This document shows, piece after piece, positions 51,085-62,916 of a stretch of 64,000 bases of DNA. The notes under the pieces were generated by a model, which was given only the letters and a program-made list of their open reading frames with translations, was not told the DNA's origin and ran no database searches. The stretch lies in the NCBI RefSeq assembly GCF_000315625.1, contig NW_005434564.1, positions 163,823 to 227,822 on the forward strand, written 5' to 3'. Made by a program: the position numbers and the translations under genes. The stretch is from Guillardia theta CCMP2712. Its lineage: Eukaryota > Protista > Cryptophyta. Each line of letters opens with the position of its first letter. Position 1 is the stretch's first letter.

Positions 51085-51379
51085 CGGCGGCGGCCGCCGC
51101 GTGACATCGCTGGCCGGGCCCCGGCCCGGCCCCGCCCGGGCATGGGCCGGGGGAACTTAGGCTTCCGAATTGTCCAGCGCGCAGTTAAGTGAAGGTATCA
51201 GTTAAGTTTGGGGGACAGCAGTCGGCAGGGCATTGGGGTTGGTTCTCGCTGTCTTTTCTCTTCTCGCCGTTCAACGGTTTGGCCTGTGCGACGGAGTGTC
51301 AGGGTCCGACGGGCCAAGCCTCCTCGACTCAGGCTCCTGATTGTCCTCGTACTGATTTTTGACTTAACTTTGAGTAAAG
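51085..51379 (+). repeat. Repeat family A, copy 2 of a tandem pair
   Basis: See 50645-50921. Confidence 0.9.
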
Positions 51380-53701
51380 TACTCGGCGGTATGCGCCTGC
51401 CACCCTCAGCACGCGCGGCAGTGCGCCGCGCCGACTCGGGGCGGCTCAGCGGCGGCTTGAAAGAAGTCTCAAAGTCGGCAGTGTGACTGGCGGTGACCGT
51501 CCGAGACGGTACGGTACGCCCCAGGCTGTGACCGACGGGGCCGGTTCACGGTTGGGCTCAGACTCAGGACTCACTGAGTTACGCCGTGCGGATCTCTTTT
51601 CAAGTTTTTTTTCGCCCCCGAGGAGTCGACGGACTGGTGACCCTGTGCTGCCAACCACCCCGGCGTGAAGGGTCGGCCAGGGGGGTAGTGAACCTGTCAC
51701 AGTGTCTTGGTGAACCCTGTGACGTATGGACAACTTGGCGACGGTTAAACTCTCTTCCGCAGATCGGTATCTCCACACATCTCAGCGCGATCTCGTCAGC
51801 CGCTGAGCACCACAAAGTATGCCGGCCCCTCTCCCCGTGCCCCTTCTCCCCCTGCTCCAATTTCGGCATTCATGTTGCCTTGCCCTCGCTCGAATACCCT
51901 GCCTGCCTTGCCCACTCCTTCACTTTCATTCCTTTTCTCGCATCGCTCGAACTACTGCCTTGGCAAATATTGACCCAACATGCACGTCCATGAATGCGCC
52001 ATCGACTATCAGGATGTTTCGATTTCTTCAGACGAGGTCCCCACTGAAGTTGAGTTTGACCTCACAAGTGAGGAGTATTCTTTCCTGACCCAAACTGGTG
52101 GAGTCTTTGGATGTGCTTCATGCGACTTCTGTGTGATGAACGGCAAAGACCATATTCGTTACAAGCAATTCGGGTGTCCTTGCAAATTGAAGCAGTTGAC
52201 AGCACTATCTCACTCCATCTCGCTGATATCTTCGAAGAAAACTCGACAGATTATTGGAGCCACGGGCTGTGTGCTTAATCTACAATCTGAATGAATACAT
52301 GAAATGTCCGATCAAAAGTTTGCCATTTTTTGATACATGGCGCTTCACAGAGAATTCAATCCTTCAGATTGTATACAAACTTGAAGTCTTTCAGGCCTCG
52401 AGATTCATGCCGGTGAAGTATTCGTCAGCTTCCTCAAGACGTGGTCACGCAGGATTCAAATTCTGACTCAATGTGTCGGAGCGGTATGCGGCCGCTCAGA
52501 TGACCAGCCGCTGAGCATCGTCCCGTTGTAGTATGGCCGTAGTACTGCCGTACTCCGAACTCGGTCCGGGAAGTCCGATCGGACGGGAAGTCCGACCGTA
52601 CCGTACCGTACGGTACGGTCACGGTCCGATCTCGGTTACTGTGACAGAGTGATGCTTTCAGGCAGGCTCAGAGCCTGCGTTGGAACTTTGAAACAGTGAG
52701 ACTCGGGCCCCGGGTCGGCCCCCGATCGGACCGCCCGGCCGGTCCGATCCCGGCGATCAGTCACAGGCTGGCAGCCCCGGGTAACGACCGTACGCCGGCG
52801 CCCGGCCGCAGGCCGCGGGTCACCGGTGGGCTGTCACCGATCGGCCGCCCCCGACTGCGGCCCCCGGGCGGCTGACTCGGAGCCTATCGTGTGAGCCCGC
52901 CTGGCAGTAGGGCCGACAGACCGTGAAGTGACGAGGCCCTGAGGGGTCAACGAGAGAGGATGATGACCTTACAAGGGGGGTGGGGGTCATAGAAGTAGAA
53001 CAGAAATGCGAGAGGTGGGGGTCATTTCTAGTAAAACGATGGGGTCCGAGTCCATGATGCCAGGGGGTTTGAAGAGTGAACCTTGAGGTGAAGGGTGGGG
53101 TCTGAGGAATCATGAAGTGATGGTGGAATAGTCCCTTGGGGGTAGGTAGGGGTGGTCTAAAGTGATAGGCTGAGACTGTACTTCTGGTAGTAATGCCATG
53201 AAGTGGAGGGGGTGGGGTCCGTTGAGGGAAGAAAAGTTTGAGTCGGTTTATGGGGTGGGTCCGTCTGCCGTCAGCGGCGCCGCGGCAGTCAAGCCGCTCT
53301 GGCATGATGGCGGGAAGCAGGAGGGGAAAGACGGGGGAGCAGGAGGGAGAGACGCGTCAGGACTGATGAGGAAGGAGCGGAGAGAAGACGAGAGCATGAG
53401 GGGATAGAGATGAGAGACAAACTAAAGTGGATATTCAGTGGGCAAGTACTGAATTGAATCGCTAACACTGTTTGATATCTCAAAGTTTTCCGACTTGTTC
53501 AGTTGAGTTCAAGAGGATAGGGGATTTTCGTGAGAGGCTAGCATTTCTCACACCGGCAAGGGTAAAGAAGAGACCACATCTTGATAACCGAACCTGCAAA
53601 GCTTTTGGCTGTCACTAACTGATAGATTTGAAACCTTCTTGCACTTTCTGTTGCAGGCAAAGGTGGTGCGAAATGATTGTAACATTTTTTTATCAGCGAT
53701 T

Positions 53702-54844
53702 ATGGTAGAACATTCAGACAGAAAGACTCTCCAGGACAAAAATTCCTTTGCAGAAACGGTTGGCAAAACCAAGCTTGAAAGCGTACAGAAGTTTCGCCGC
53801 AAGAAGATCCTAGACAAGAATCTGTTGAACGCTGTTTTATCCAACTTGGAAGTGAGGGCATCAGAAAATCTTTCAGAGAAGGGAACTGAGACAACGCATG
53901 GCAAGCCGCAACAATCCACTGATAAAGAGAGAGTCTCTTCGAAGTACACTCTCACGTATGCAAAATCGCTCTACGCCGTAGAAGAAATGAAGAATACCGT
54001 CGCAACGTCAAAAGAAAGAAAGCCTGCAGAAATGACGTTGAACGAAGGTGCCTTTGCAGACAGCATGCATCATTTTTGCGTTTTGAGGTGAAGATTCATT
54101 GATGGCATCCTCAGGTGTTTACCTAAAGAGCGAGCTTGATCTCAACAACATCGAAAGAGCTAAGTCATCTGTACTGAGTGAGCTCGCGACGTCAGGCGTT
54201 GAGCCGCCAGCTTCTCAGGTACGTCTCTGTTTGCCCAGAAGCCTCGCTGATCATTTGAATAAACTCTTCCCAAATCGTGTTCTTCCTGAAATACCACCAT
54301 GTATGTTGTCCGGACTGATGACAATTTCAGATTCGTCCACATCGTGCGTGTAGACAAATTTCAGATGACAAGAAATATGCGATGTTTTTACAAGAGTCAT
54401 GGGGGCAACCCAAACGAATCATTTATGGTATTCTTCTTTTCATTACACACCAGACCTGGAATGATTCAACTTCATTTGTAGCACCTTCCAGGAAAAGGCA
54501 AAGGAACAATCAAATCTGTTCAGCATCCGGTGCGGAATTGAATCTTGAGTCCTTCGATCAAACACTTCAAGACTGAATTTCCCTGACAGATGCACAAAGG
54601 GTTCAAACCAACTCTAGTCAGTTTAAGGCAGCGAGGAAATTCACTGGCGAGGTTCGAATCCCAAGCAAAATTTCTGTTTGATAGCTGCACCTTGCAGACC
54701 CGTGGATTTGGTGGAAAACAGTTCAGGCCTAGCACGAGCCGCAACAAGGACGAGGCCAACAGCCTTGAAGACCTCCACCATGCAGCCTCACTCCTCTTGC
54801 TGTCACGAGATAGGTGTCTCAATCAGCAGTCCGCTGCCAAGTAA
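53702..54844 (+). CDS. Multi-exon hypothetical protein
   Basis: Consecutive plus-strand ORFs (53639-54091, 54099-54353, 54299-54481, 54590-54844) joinable by short introns. No domain recognised. Confidence 0.4.
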
Positions 54845-55096
54845 GAAGTGTCACTTGCAATGTTGAGCGACCAACACGCTGACGGTCAACGTTTGTGCAG
54901 AAAAGGCAAACGAGCATGATGCAGTTCACCTAAATCATAAACAAGGTCAAGCTCGACGCAAGCAGGCGGAACCACTCCAACTATTAGTCCATCTTGGTGT
55001 GCAACTCATGAGATCAAAACAAAGCTGTTTATTCAGTACATCAAAATACAAGTACAAGCACACAGAAAAAGTCCCACTTGCTCGTATTAACCCCTC

Positions 55097-56324
55097 CTAC
55101 TCCACTCCCAAGGCCCTGCGCGAAATCATTCCGAGCAGGTAATCGTCTAGCAGGCTCAAGTGCGAGTTGCCACCGAGTCGTGGGTGCTGACTCATCCATA
55201 ATGCCAGATGGAAGCTACTAAAGTGATCTATCGCCTGCTCCGCTTCCCTCCTACAACCTTCCGGCTCACCTCTCCCCGTCTCGCAGACCAACATGAGAGC
55301 CTGGACGACCCTGCTCCCCTTCACGTGGATCTGACTTTCCATGTTGCGACTCAACTCCACCACAGCCTGTAGTGCATACACAATGCTCCGATCCTGATGG
55401 AAGTACGGAGACTGATCCTTTTGCCAGGTTGACAAATACTCTGCCAACAAGAAGAGGATCCCCTTATCGATGAGAAGTCCAGCTGCCCTCTTGCTGGCCA
55501 CCAGGCTTCTCAACGGGCACAGGATGCTGTAAGGTGCAAAGTGGATGCCCGACCACACTCTGCCCTCCAACGATGACTTGAACATCTTGACGATGCAGTC
55601 GAGGATCGCGTTGAAACTACCTTCCGGCAGCCTCTCCTCATCCACGCTTCCCACAAGGTTCAAGATGGCCAGGACCGCGCGAGCGTTCTGCATGGTGTTC
55701 ACGTCGTCGCAGGCCTCCTGCAGGTCATAGAGCACATCCACAAACCCGCCATCGATCAGGCTCTGTCGCGCCGCCTCGCACCGAGAGATGCAGTTGATAG
55801 CTCCCACCGCCACGGACCGGACCCTTCGTGGACCTGAAACCAAGGAGTTCTTGAGAGCATCCAGCAGTCCCTCACAGCTAACGATCTTGGGGCACACTCT
55901 CTCACAGAATGCGGCACAGTTGTTGAGGACCAGGGCCGCGTCCTCCTTCATCCTGTTGTGACCGTAGGACAGTAGCTCCACCAGGTTCTGTAGCGCCCCT
56001 TCAGTCTCGACGATGGCCTGCGCGTTCTCCTCGTTGCCGAAGGCGAGCTCTCCGAGTGCGCTGCATGAATAAATGCGCACATACCAGGAGGTAGACTTGA
56101 GGAGGTTGCACAACAAGGGTATCCCCCCGCGAACCCGAAACTGATCTTTGCGGAGAGCAGAGAAATGGTTCGAGGTGTGCGCATGCTCGAAGAGGGTCTC
56201 TACGGCGAGCACCACGTCCCTGATGTTCTCCGACTGCAACTATAACAGAGAAAGGTGAGGCATGCAGCAAGAGGGGGCAGAGCAATCTCACTTGCGCGAT
56301 GTTGGAGTCCAAAAATCGATCCAT
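55097..56324 (-). CDS. Armadillo-repeat protein with C-terminal M..H.RLG..S..SLL...LL..I motif (2 exons)
   Basis: GGIPLLCNLL...SCSALGELA, GALQNLVELL...AALVLNNCA, AVGAINCIS. First exon MDRFLDSNIAQ followed by gtgag. Confidence 0.8.
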
Positions 56325-57193
56325 GTTCTTTCCTTCGATTTAGTTCTGTCTCATTTCCTTCTACCTGCAGTTCCATGTCAACATCGCATTCTCGTCAAAC
56401 AAACAAACGATCAGAGTGAGTGGGAAGATGGCAGTCATGGCAAATGAGCTCTGCTCGTTTCACTTCGTCTCCGCACATCTCACCACCCTGTGAGCCTACA
56501 CCTCCCTGCTCCAAACACTCACACTCGCTCATCAATCCCTCTCTCTACCCTTTCATCCCATCCCTGGTCTCCTCATCGTACTGATAGTCAGTGCAAAGAA
56601 CAACAGCTCATAACAACAGATAGTACAAGAAGGACATGCTTTCGTTGTAAACTTGGTACTAACCTCCGCACAACTCAGTACGGCAAACACTGATGTAAAG
56701 GTCAATTTGCTGACAGTTATAAAATAATGGGGTTCTTTGGAAATGATATGGGTGGGTCATCCCTCTGTTAAATTACAGGACCCGGTATTATAACTGAATC
56801 TACAGGGTAGGGTGTGACATTGAAGCTTTGTGGGTAGGGTACTTCAACCTAATAGAATTATAGAAATATTATTAAAATCATTTTGATAGCAACCCTAAAG
56901 GGCAAGAGTACTAATATGGGGGGGTGGGGGGTGGGACCGTTGGGGTACGGCGGAACAATCGCATCTAAAAATAGATTTTTAAAATATTAAAACCTTCTTG
57001 GTATAATAGTAGTTATTGATTTGATAGTCGCCAGGAGCCGGCGGGCCCGGCGGCCGCCGGCGGGCCCGGCCCGGTACTACCGTTGAGTGACTCCGAGTGA
57101 AAGAGTCACAAGTTGACTAAACTTACAGTTGACTAAAACGTTTAATGGTCACCGGGTATCTCGCAGGGAAGCAAGCTTTTTAAATCGAGTGCC

Positions 57194-58384
57194 ATGCTGA
57201 GACCGGCCGACTACCTGCCATGGTCGCTGAGCGCGCTGGTGTTCGTCTGCCTCCTATGCTTCACCTTCCTCCACCATGACAGCCAGGCTCGCTTCCAGCG
57301 CCTCATGGAGGAGGCAACGGCCAAGTGCCTGCAAGCAAGAACAAGCGAGTACGAGCAGGTGGTGGGAGCATGGAGGCGAGCAGCGCAGAGAGTAGCGAGA
57401 GAGCAGGAGGCGACCCTAAATCAGAGCAAGGAACTGGTGAGAGATCTGATGAGTCTCAAGGAAGGGCGCCTGGTTCCATCCTCCTCGACCCCCCTACCTG
57501 CCGTGCCAAGCTCAGCAGCAGGTTTGTCAGCTGAGCGAGTGGAGACGTGCTTCCAGAAGGTTTGGTCGCAGATCGATCAGTTCGAGTCGATGATGAAGAT
57601 CGAGAGGAGGTTCGCTACCTTGTGGCTCGCAAAGCAGATCCTGCTGCGGGGGCTGCGGGGCGATTTCATCGAGGCAGGGGTCGCCAACGGAGGAGGCGCG
57701 TGCATGATCCAGTCGCTCTTAAGCTGCGTGGGAGACCGTCGGGACTTTTACCTGGCGGACAGCTGGCAGGGGCTGCCAACTCCCTCGAAGACGAGCTTCA
57801 GCAAGGAGCCTTCGCAGTTTCGAGGAGGAGAGTTCTACGTGCCCTTCGCTCGCTTCGTCAAGGAGTGGGAGGGGTGGGAGAGGAACTGGACGCGGGAGGG
57901 GTTCGAGTGGCCCAGGCTCAACGGCGGTACCGCCAAGGTGCTCAAGGGAGAGTTTCAAGCTACTCTGCCTCGGCTGCGCGACGAGAACGTGAGCTTGAGC
58001 TACGTCAAGTGCGACGGTGACATGTACTCGTCGACGTTCGAGTGCGTTCAGTTCTTGTATCCTAGGCTGGAGTGCGGGGGCTACATCTACTTCGATGACT
58101 ACCATGAGTTTGGGGAGTGTCAACGAGCCGTGAAGGACTACTTGACGCAGACAAACCAGCAGGACGTGGCGGAGGACATGTTCTCTGTGCGTCAAGGCTT
58201 CGGGCTCGGCGTGTACGACAGGACGCTGACAAAAGCCAAGTACGAGGCGGTGTTTTGGCGGAAGGAGTGCGAGCGCAAGGAAGCGGGTAGGAGGAGGGAA
58301 GGGAGGAGGAGGCAGGTGTCAGCGGAGGTGGGCGAGCGGTCGGGCAAAGAGAGACAGAGATCGAGTCGTGGACAAGTGCCATAG
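57194..58384 (+). CDS. TylF/MycF/NovP-family O-methyltransferase with N-terminal membrane anchor, intronless
   Basis: GDFIEAGVANGG, LADSWQGLP, VLKGEFQATLP, KCDGDMYSST, LYPRLECGGYIYFDDY, CQRAVKDY. Hydrophobic segment WSLSALVFVCLLCFTFL. Confidence 0.9.
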   Translation: MLRPADYLPWSLSALVFVCLLCFTFLHHDSQARFQRLMEEATAKCLQARTSEYEQVVGAWRRAAQRVAREQEATLNQSKELVRDLMSLKEGRLVPSSSTPLPAVPSSAAGLSAERVETCFQKVWSQIDQFESMMKIERRFATLWLAKQILLRGLRGDFIEAGVANGGGACMIQSLLSCVGDRRDFYLADSWQGLPTPSKTSFSKEPSQFRGGEFYVPFARFVKEWEGWERNWTREGFEWPRLNGGTAKVLKGEFQATLPRLRDENVSLSYVKCDGDMYSSTFECVQFLYPRLECGGYIYFDDYHEFGECQRAVKDYLTQTNQQDVAEDMFSVRQGFGLGVYDRTLTKAKYEAVFWRKECERKEAGRRREGRRRQVSAEVGERSGKERQRSSRGQVP

Positions 58385-58499
58385 ATCAGCACCGGGAGCT
58401 GGGAGCGTGAGAAGATAGTGAAGCAAGTGATGGGAGCTCAACGGCTGCAATGAAGTCAGAAGGTTTTTTGAGATGTTCGTTTTTAGTTGTCTTGGAACA

Positions 58500-60946
58500 G
58501 TTGAACTTTCTGCTTCATCGATCGTTTCTTTAAAGACTCAGTTTGGTGCTGTTGGTTTTTGAACATTTTCAGACACGCTGCAAGTTTTTCAGAAATTATT
58601 TTTTGTCTTCATGAAGCATTTGAAACATTCGATTTGTCTGCTGAAAAGCAGATGAGAAGCATGATCAACACATGTTGTGATCTCCTCTCTTGTCAAATTG
58701 CCAAAGATGACAATGCCTCCTGTCTTTCGCTCTCGAGAATCCCAATCCTTGCTTGTTATCAAGTCTTTCATTCTCATCATCGCATCTTGCTTGTTCTTCT
58801 TCATACTCCCTTGTTGATCTTGTCAACCTTTCAGGATTCTTCGTCTTTCTCATCAGTTTTTGCCTTTCCATTGTCCTCATGTCGTCATGCAACAGTTTTC
58901 TTCTCTTATCTCTCCCTTCTCTCCTCTTCCTTTCTCTGATCTGCTCCCTGCTCCCTGCTCCCTGCTCCCTGCTCTTAGCTGTCGTCGTTCTAGCGACGAT
59001 CACATGCTACATGCTCAGGCACAGCAAGGCAGCAAGCATCAGCGAGCTTGCAAGGGGTGCTGACAGTAGCACTTCAGAAGTCGCAGTGGTGGTGGGGATG
59101 GTGATAGTAGATCAGCCTGTTTCTCTTTGGACACATCTCTTGAGAGATCTCAACATAGTCAAGGTCCCACGAGAGAGCTTTCACGTGACCGCGAGCTTGA
59201 CAGCGTGTGAATGCAGGAATGAGGTTTCAAGCTTTGAAGTTTTAGAGATGAAGTTACTGAAGCTGCTGCTCTCTCAGCTTCACTGACCGTCGGCACATCA
59301 ACTTGACTTGACAAGATCTTGTAGTGACCCCCGACCTCCGCACGTCATTGTCTCTTGCTCAGGCGCCAACAGCCTCACGTGACAGCCTCTGAAGACCGTT
59401 ACACGTCACTGAGTGTCCGAGACCGGCCCGGCCCGGGGCCTGACATGCCTCCCAGCCCTCACTGAGCCTTGTGCTGGTCAACCTGGGGAGGGCCCGACTT
59501 TGGGAAAGATGTCTCTGGGGGACATTAGCGTGCTCTCCTCCGGCCCTCCCGACTGGGCCGCCGCAGGCTGCTTGTTAAAGTTCTGCAGCATGCTGACCTG
59601 CTTGCGCATGCTCTCCGGCAGTACCGACATCTGAATTGAAGTGGTCAGAAGCGCATGGGAAAGACAGAGGGAGAGAATGAAGGAGTAGAGGGGAAGGGGA
59701 CGGGGACTGCAGGGCACAAGCCCTGCAGGGAGGAAGGGAGAGCGATAGCAAGGGCTTACCTGTTCCTGTGACATGTTCATCATGGCACTGAACTGTGACC
59801 GCTGCTCCATCGACATGTTGGACATCATCTGCGGGGGAGGTCATGGGCAAGGCTGCTGGCAGAGGTTCAAGTACCTTGGCAAACACGCTGCCTCCCGGTG
59901 TGGTCATGGCAGGCGTCGCTGGCTCGATGCTGTTGAGGAGGGAGGACGAGGGTCGGACGTCATGAATCGCCTCCGGAGGTCTGTAACCGTCTCGTCAACG
60001 AGCAACGGACATCAAACGCGTCAGAGCACCTCATGCCCGAGGCAGTAGAAGGTGACGGATCTTGATTTGTGTTGAAGCTGAAAGATGCTTCGACGTCTCG
60101 CTTGTCCTCTGAGCCGTCTTGTTTGAAGGCTCGTTTCAAGAAGGGGAGACCGAAGCTGTTCCCGTTGTTCTCCTCCGATCTCGCGGCCCCGATCTCATTC
60201 TTCGCTCTTGCTGACGTCCGCGTCTCACCCAGCTCACTTCCACTGTCGTTGTCTGACTTCCTGAATGAGGAGAGCGACTTGGACGATTTCATCTTGTCCA
60301 CGTAGATTTGCATGTTGGGTGCTGCTGGAGTATCTCCCTGCTCTTCCTGTATTTCTCCAGTCACATCGTTACGTTGATTCCTCGATGTGCTCAAGTTCTC
60401 TTCGTCGGATTCATCGCTGTTTGCCGAATCATTCTTCTTCCTTTTCCAGTCTTGCCTCGACCTGGACCCTCTGCTGTTGGTCGTTTTCCTGATCACATAC
60501 AGCCAAACCAAGACCACAAGAGCAAGGTTCACCCAGGGCAAGACTATGTAGTTGAGCAGCTCGACTGACGACTTGTCGCTCTTGCTCGGCACAGCGATGC
60601 TCTGTGTAGGGTACGACAAACCCCCGTTACACTCTAAGTTGAGCCCGTCCAGGCACATGAACAGAGTACTGAGGAGGTCCTTCTTGCAAAGATCGTTGGA
60701 AACAGGAGAATAGAAGCAGTCAACGCAGAGCTTGGTCAGGTTGCTGTACTTCCCTTGGCACTTGGCCGAGCATCGCTTCGTCTTGTCAATGCTGCACGGC
60801 AGAGCGGACACTCCACACACCGCTCCGATCCCCCCGTCGCCATTAAACAGGATGTCCTTGAGCTCGTTGATTGACTGGTCATCGCAGGACAGGGCAGCAG
60901 GTAAGATACACAGAAACAGAAGAAGGAAGATGCGGAGCATGGCCAT
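58500..60946 (-). CDS. Single-pass membrane protein: signal peptide, Cys-rich ectodomain, TM helix, long cytoplasmic tail (3' extent uncertain)
   Basis: MAMLRIFLLLFLCILPAALS; about ten Cys in the next ~90 aa; YIVLPWVNLALVVLVWLYVI then RK. Further exons at ~59760-59930 and ~59500-59632, and probably to ~58500. Confidence 0.55.
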
Positions 60947-62281
60947 ACAGCTACTTGCTCACGATAGAGTCGCCAACGTCCCAGTCCCTGCAGTTCCGAG
61001 GAATGATCGCAATGCAGCAGGAAGATAGCGAGACAACAGCAAATATCTCCTTATGTCCGTCTATTTCAATCACGAGGATCTTGTTGTCTCCTCCGACCCT
61101 CCCTTCTCACAAATTTGTAGCACCGCACCCCCGCAAGCTTGAACAAGACGTAAGAGTGTAAAACCCTTCTATTCACCCAGCACACACAGTCCTGTCTCTC
61201 CGGTATTCCTCACCTTCTGTACGCCGAGTCCCTACAAACAAGTTCTCTCTGCCCTAGTCTCGCCTCTCCTCCTCTCCTCTGCCGTCTCCTCTCCTCCTCC
61301 CTCCTTCCTCTCTCCCCTTCGCCTCATCCATTTCATTCCCCTCTACACCGACAACGGCCCCCACCCCCACCCTGCTAGAAACCCACGGTACCCCTGAATT
61401 CCCCCATACATGTACCCCTACATACTCTCAATACTACCCTACCTTACGGCACTGCGTCCCTCAGCACACCCGGAGAACCACCCCCACCCCCTCCCAGAAC
61501 ACCAGCCGCTTGATGCATGTGAAGACTCCAGGGCTCACTACTCCGATCGAGGGGGTGGGGTAGATCGAGTACCACCGGTGTCTGGTCTTCAGTAGTACAG
61601 TCATACCCCTTATTTACCCAGAAAAAATACCCCTCAGTGAGGTCACCCCTGTACCCCACCCCTGGTCTGAACAGCAACTTGAATCGGAGAGTTCTGTTTT
61701 AGGAATCTGCGAGAGAGCGTGCACCGCGTATGGCGGGAACTTGTTGACTGCGGTAGTGCATGCATGGGAGGAAGCGGGTACGACGAGCCAACATGATGGT
61801 TGAAGTCAGACAGGACGAGCAGATGATCAGCTTCGTCTCGTTCACAATGTGAAGGAGAACTGAGATGTTCAGCCAAATTTTGAGTGATTCCGAGGAGAAA
61901 ATCTCAAGTGGACAGAGAATCTGGAGCAAGAAAGCCGTGAAGGTAGTGGTAGGCATGAGGAGAAAATTGAACAAGCAGCTATCCAAGGATCTTTGCTTGT
62001 TCTCCCTCCAGCCGTCAGCTGCTCTTCCTCCTCATACTGACTCCCTCTCCCTCCAGGCTCCTCGTTCTCGTCCTCGTCCAATCCCCTCCACCTCTTCCTT
62101 CCTCATACACATGACTGAGTGATGGGACTGTGAGCTTGAGAGTGGAGTTTTTCCAGCACTCACTCTCACTAGTTTGAATCCCCAATGACCATCAGTAACA
62201 CGAGAACGATTCTTCCAAGTTTGCCTGCGAAGTCACTACGACTCGCGCCTAAGGCGCTTGCTTCCTTCACCTGCATTCACA

Positions 62282-62726
62282 GTGCTGATCTCTGGCACTC
62301 TTCCGCGACTCGATCTCTGTCTCTCTTTGCCCGACCGCTCGCCCACCTCCGCTGACACCTGCCTCCTCCTCCCTTCCCTCCTCCTACCCGCTTCCTTGCG
62401 CTCGCACTCCTTCCGCCAAAACACCGCCTCGTACTTGGCTTTTGTCAGCGTCCTGTCGTACACGCCGAGCCCGAAGCCTTGACGCACAGAGAACATGTCC
62501 TCCGCCACGTCCTGCTGGTTTGTCTGCGTCAAGTAGTCCTTCACGGCTCGTCGACACTCCCCAAACTCATGGTAGTCATCGAAGTAGATGTAGCCCCCGC
62601 ACTCCAGCCTAGAATACAAGAACTGAACGCACTCGAACGTCGACGAGTACATGTCACCGTCGCACTTGACGTAGCTCAAGCTCACGTTCTCGTCGCGCAG
62701 CCGAGGCAGAGTAGCTTGAAACTCTC
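62282..62726 (-). pseudogene. Inverted, 5'-truncated near-identical duplicate of the TylF gene 3' part
   Basis: Reverse complement matches 57948-58392 with few substitutions (YPRL to YSRL, ECQR to ECRR, stop TAG to GAG). Lacks the SAM-binding motif I. Confidence 0.9.
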
Positions 62727-62750
62727 GGCAGCAGCCGCCTCGGATCAGAG

Positions 62751-62916
62751 CCGTCCCTACCCCAGCTGTCCCTACTCCAGCTGTCCCTACTCTACCCCAG
62801 CTGTTCCTACTCCAGCCGTTTTACCGTCCCTACCCCAGCTGTTCCTACTCTAGCCGTTTTACCGTCCCTACCCCAGCTGTTCCTACTCCAGCCGTTTTAC
62901 CGTCCCTACCCCAGCC
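62751..62916. repeat. 38-bp minisatellite (ccgtccctaccccagctgttcctactccagccgtttta), ~3-4 units built from a 15-bp subunit
   Basis: Directly visible; no unique spacers. Confidence 0.9.

Noticed and set aside
51340-51379. Family A terminus as an snRNA with an Sm site (gatttttga)
   Set aside because: The motif varies among copies (tttttaa, tttttca) and no U-snRNA sequence or structure is recognisable.
57547-58392. Overlapping alternative-frame and antisense ORFs on the TylF gene (likewise on HUWE1 and CCP)
   Set aside because: Shadow ORFs caused by GC3-biased coding sequence.
62751-62916. CRISPR-like array
   Set aside because: Units are contiguous with no unique spacers, the context is eukaryotic and no cas genes are present.
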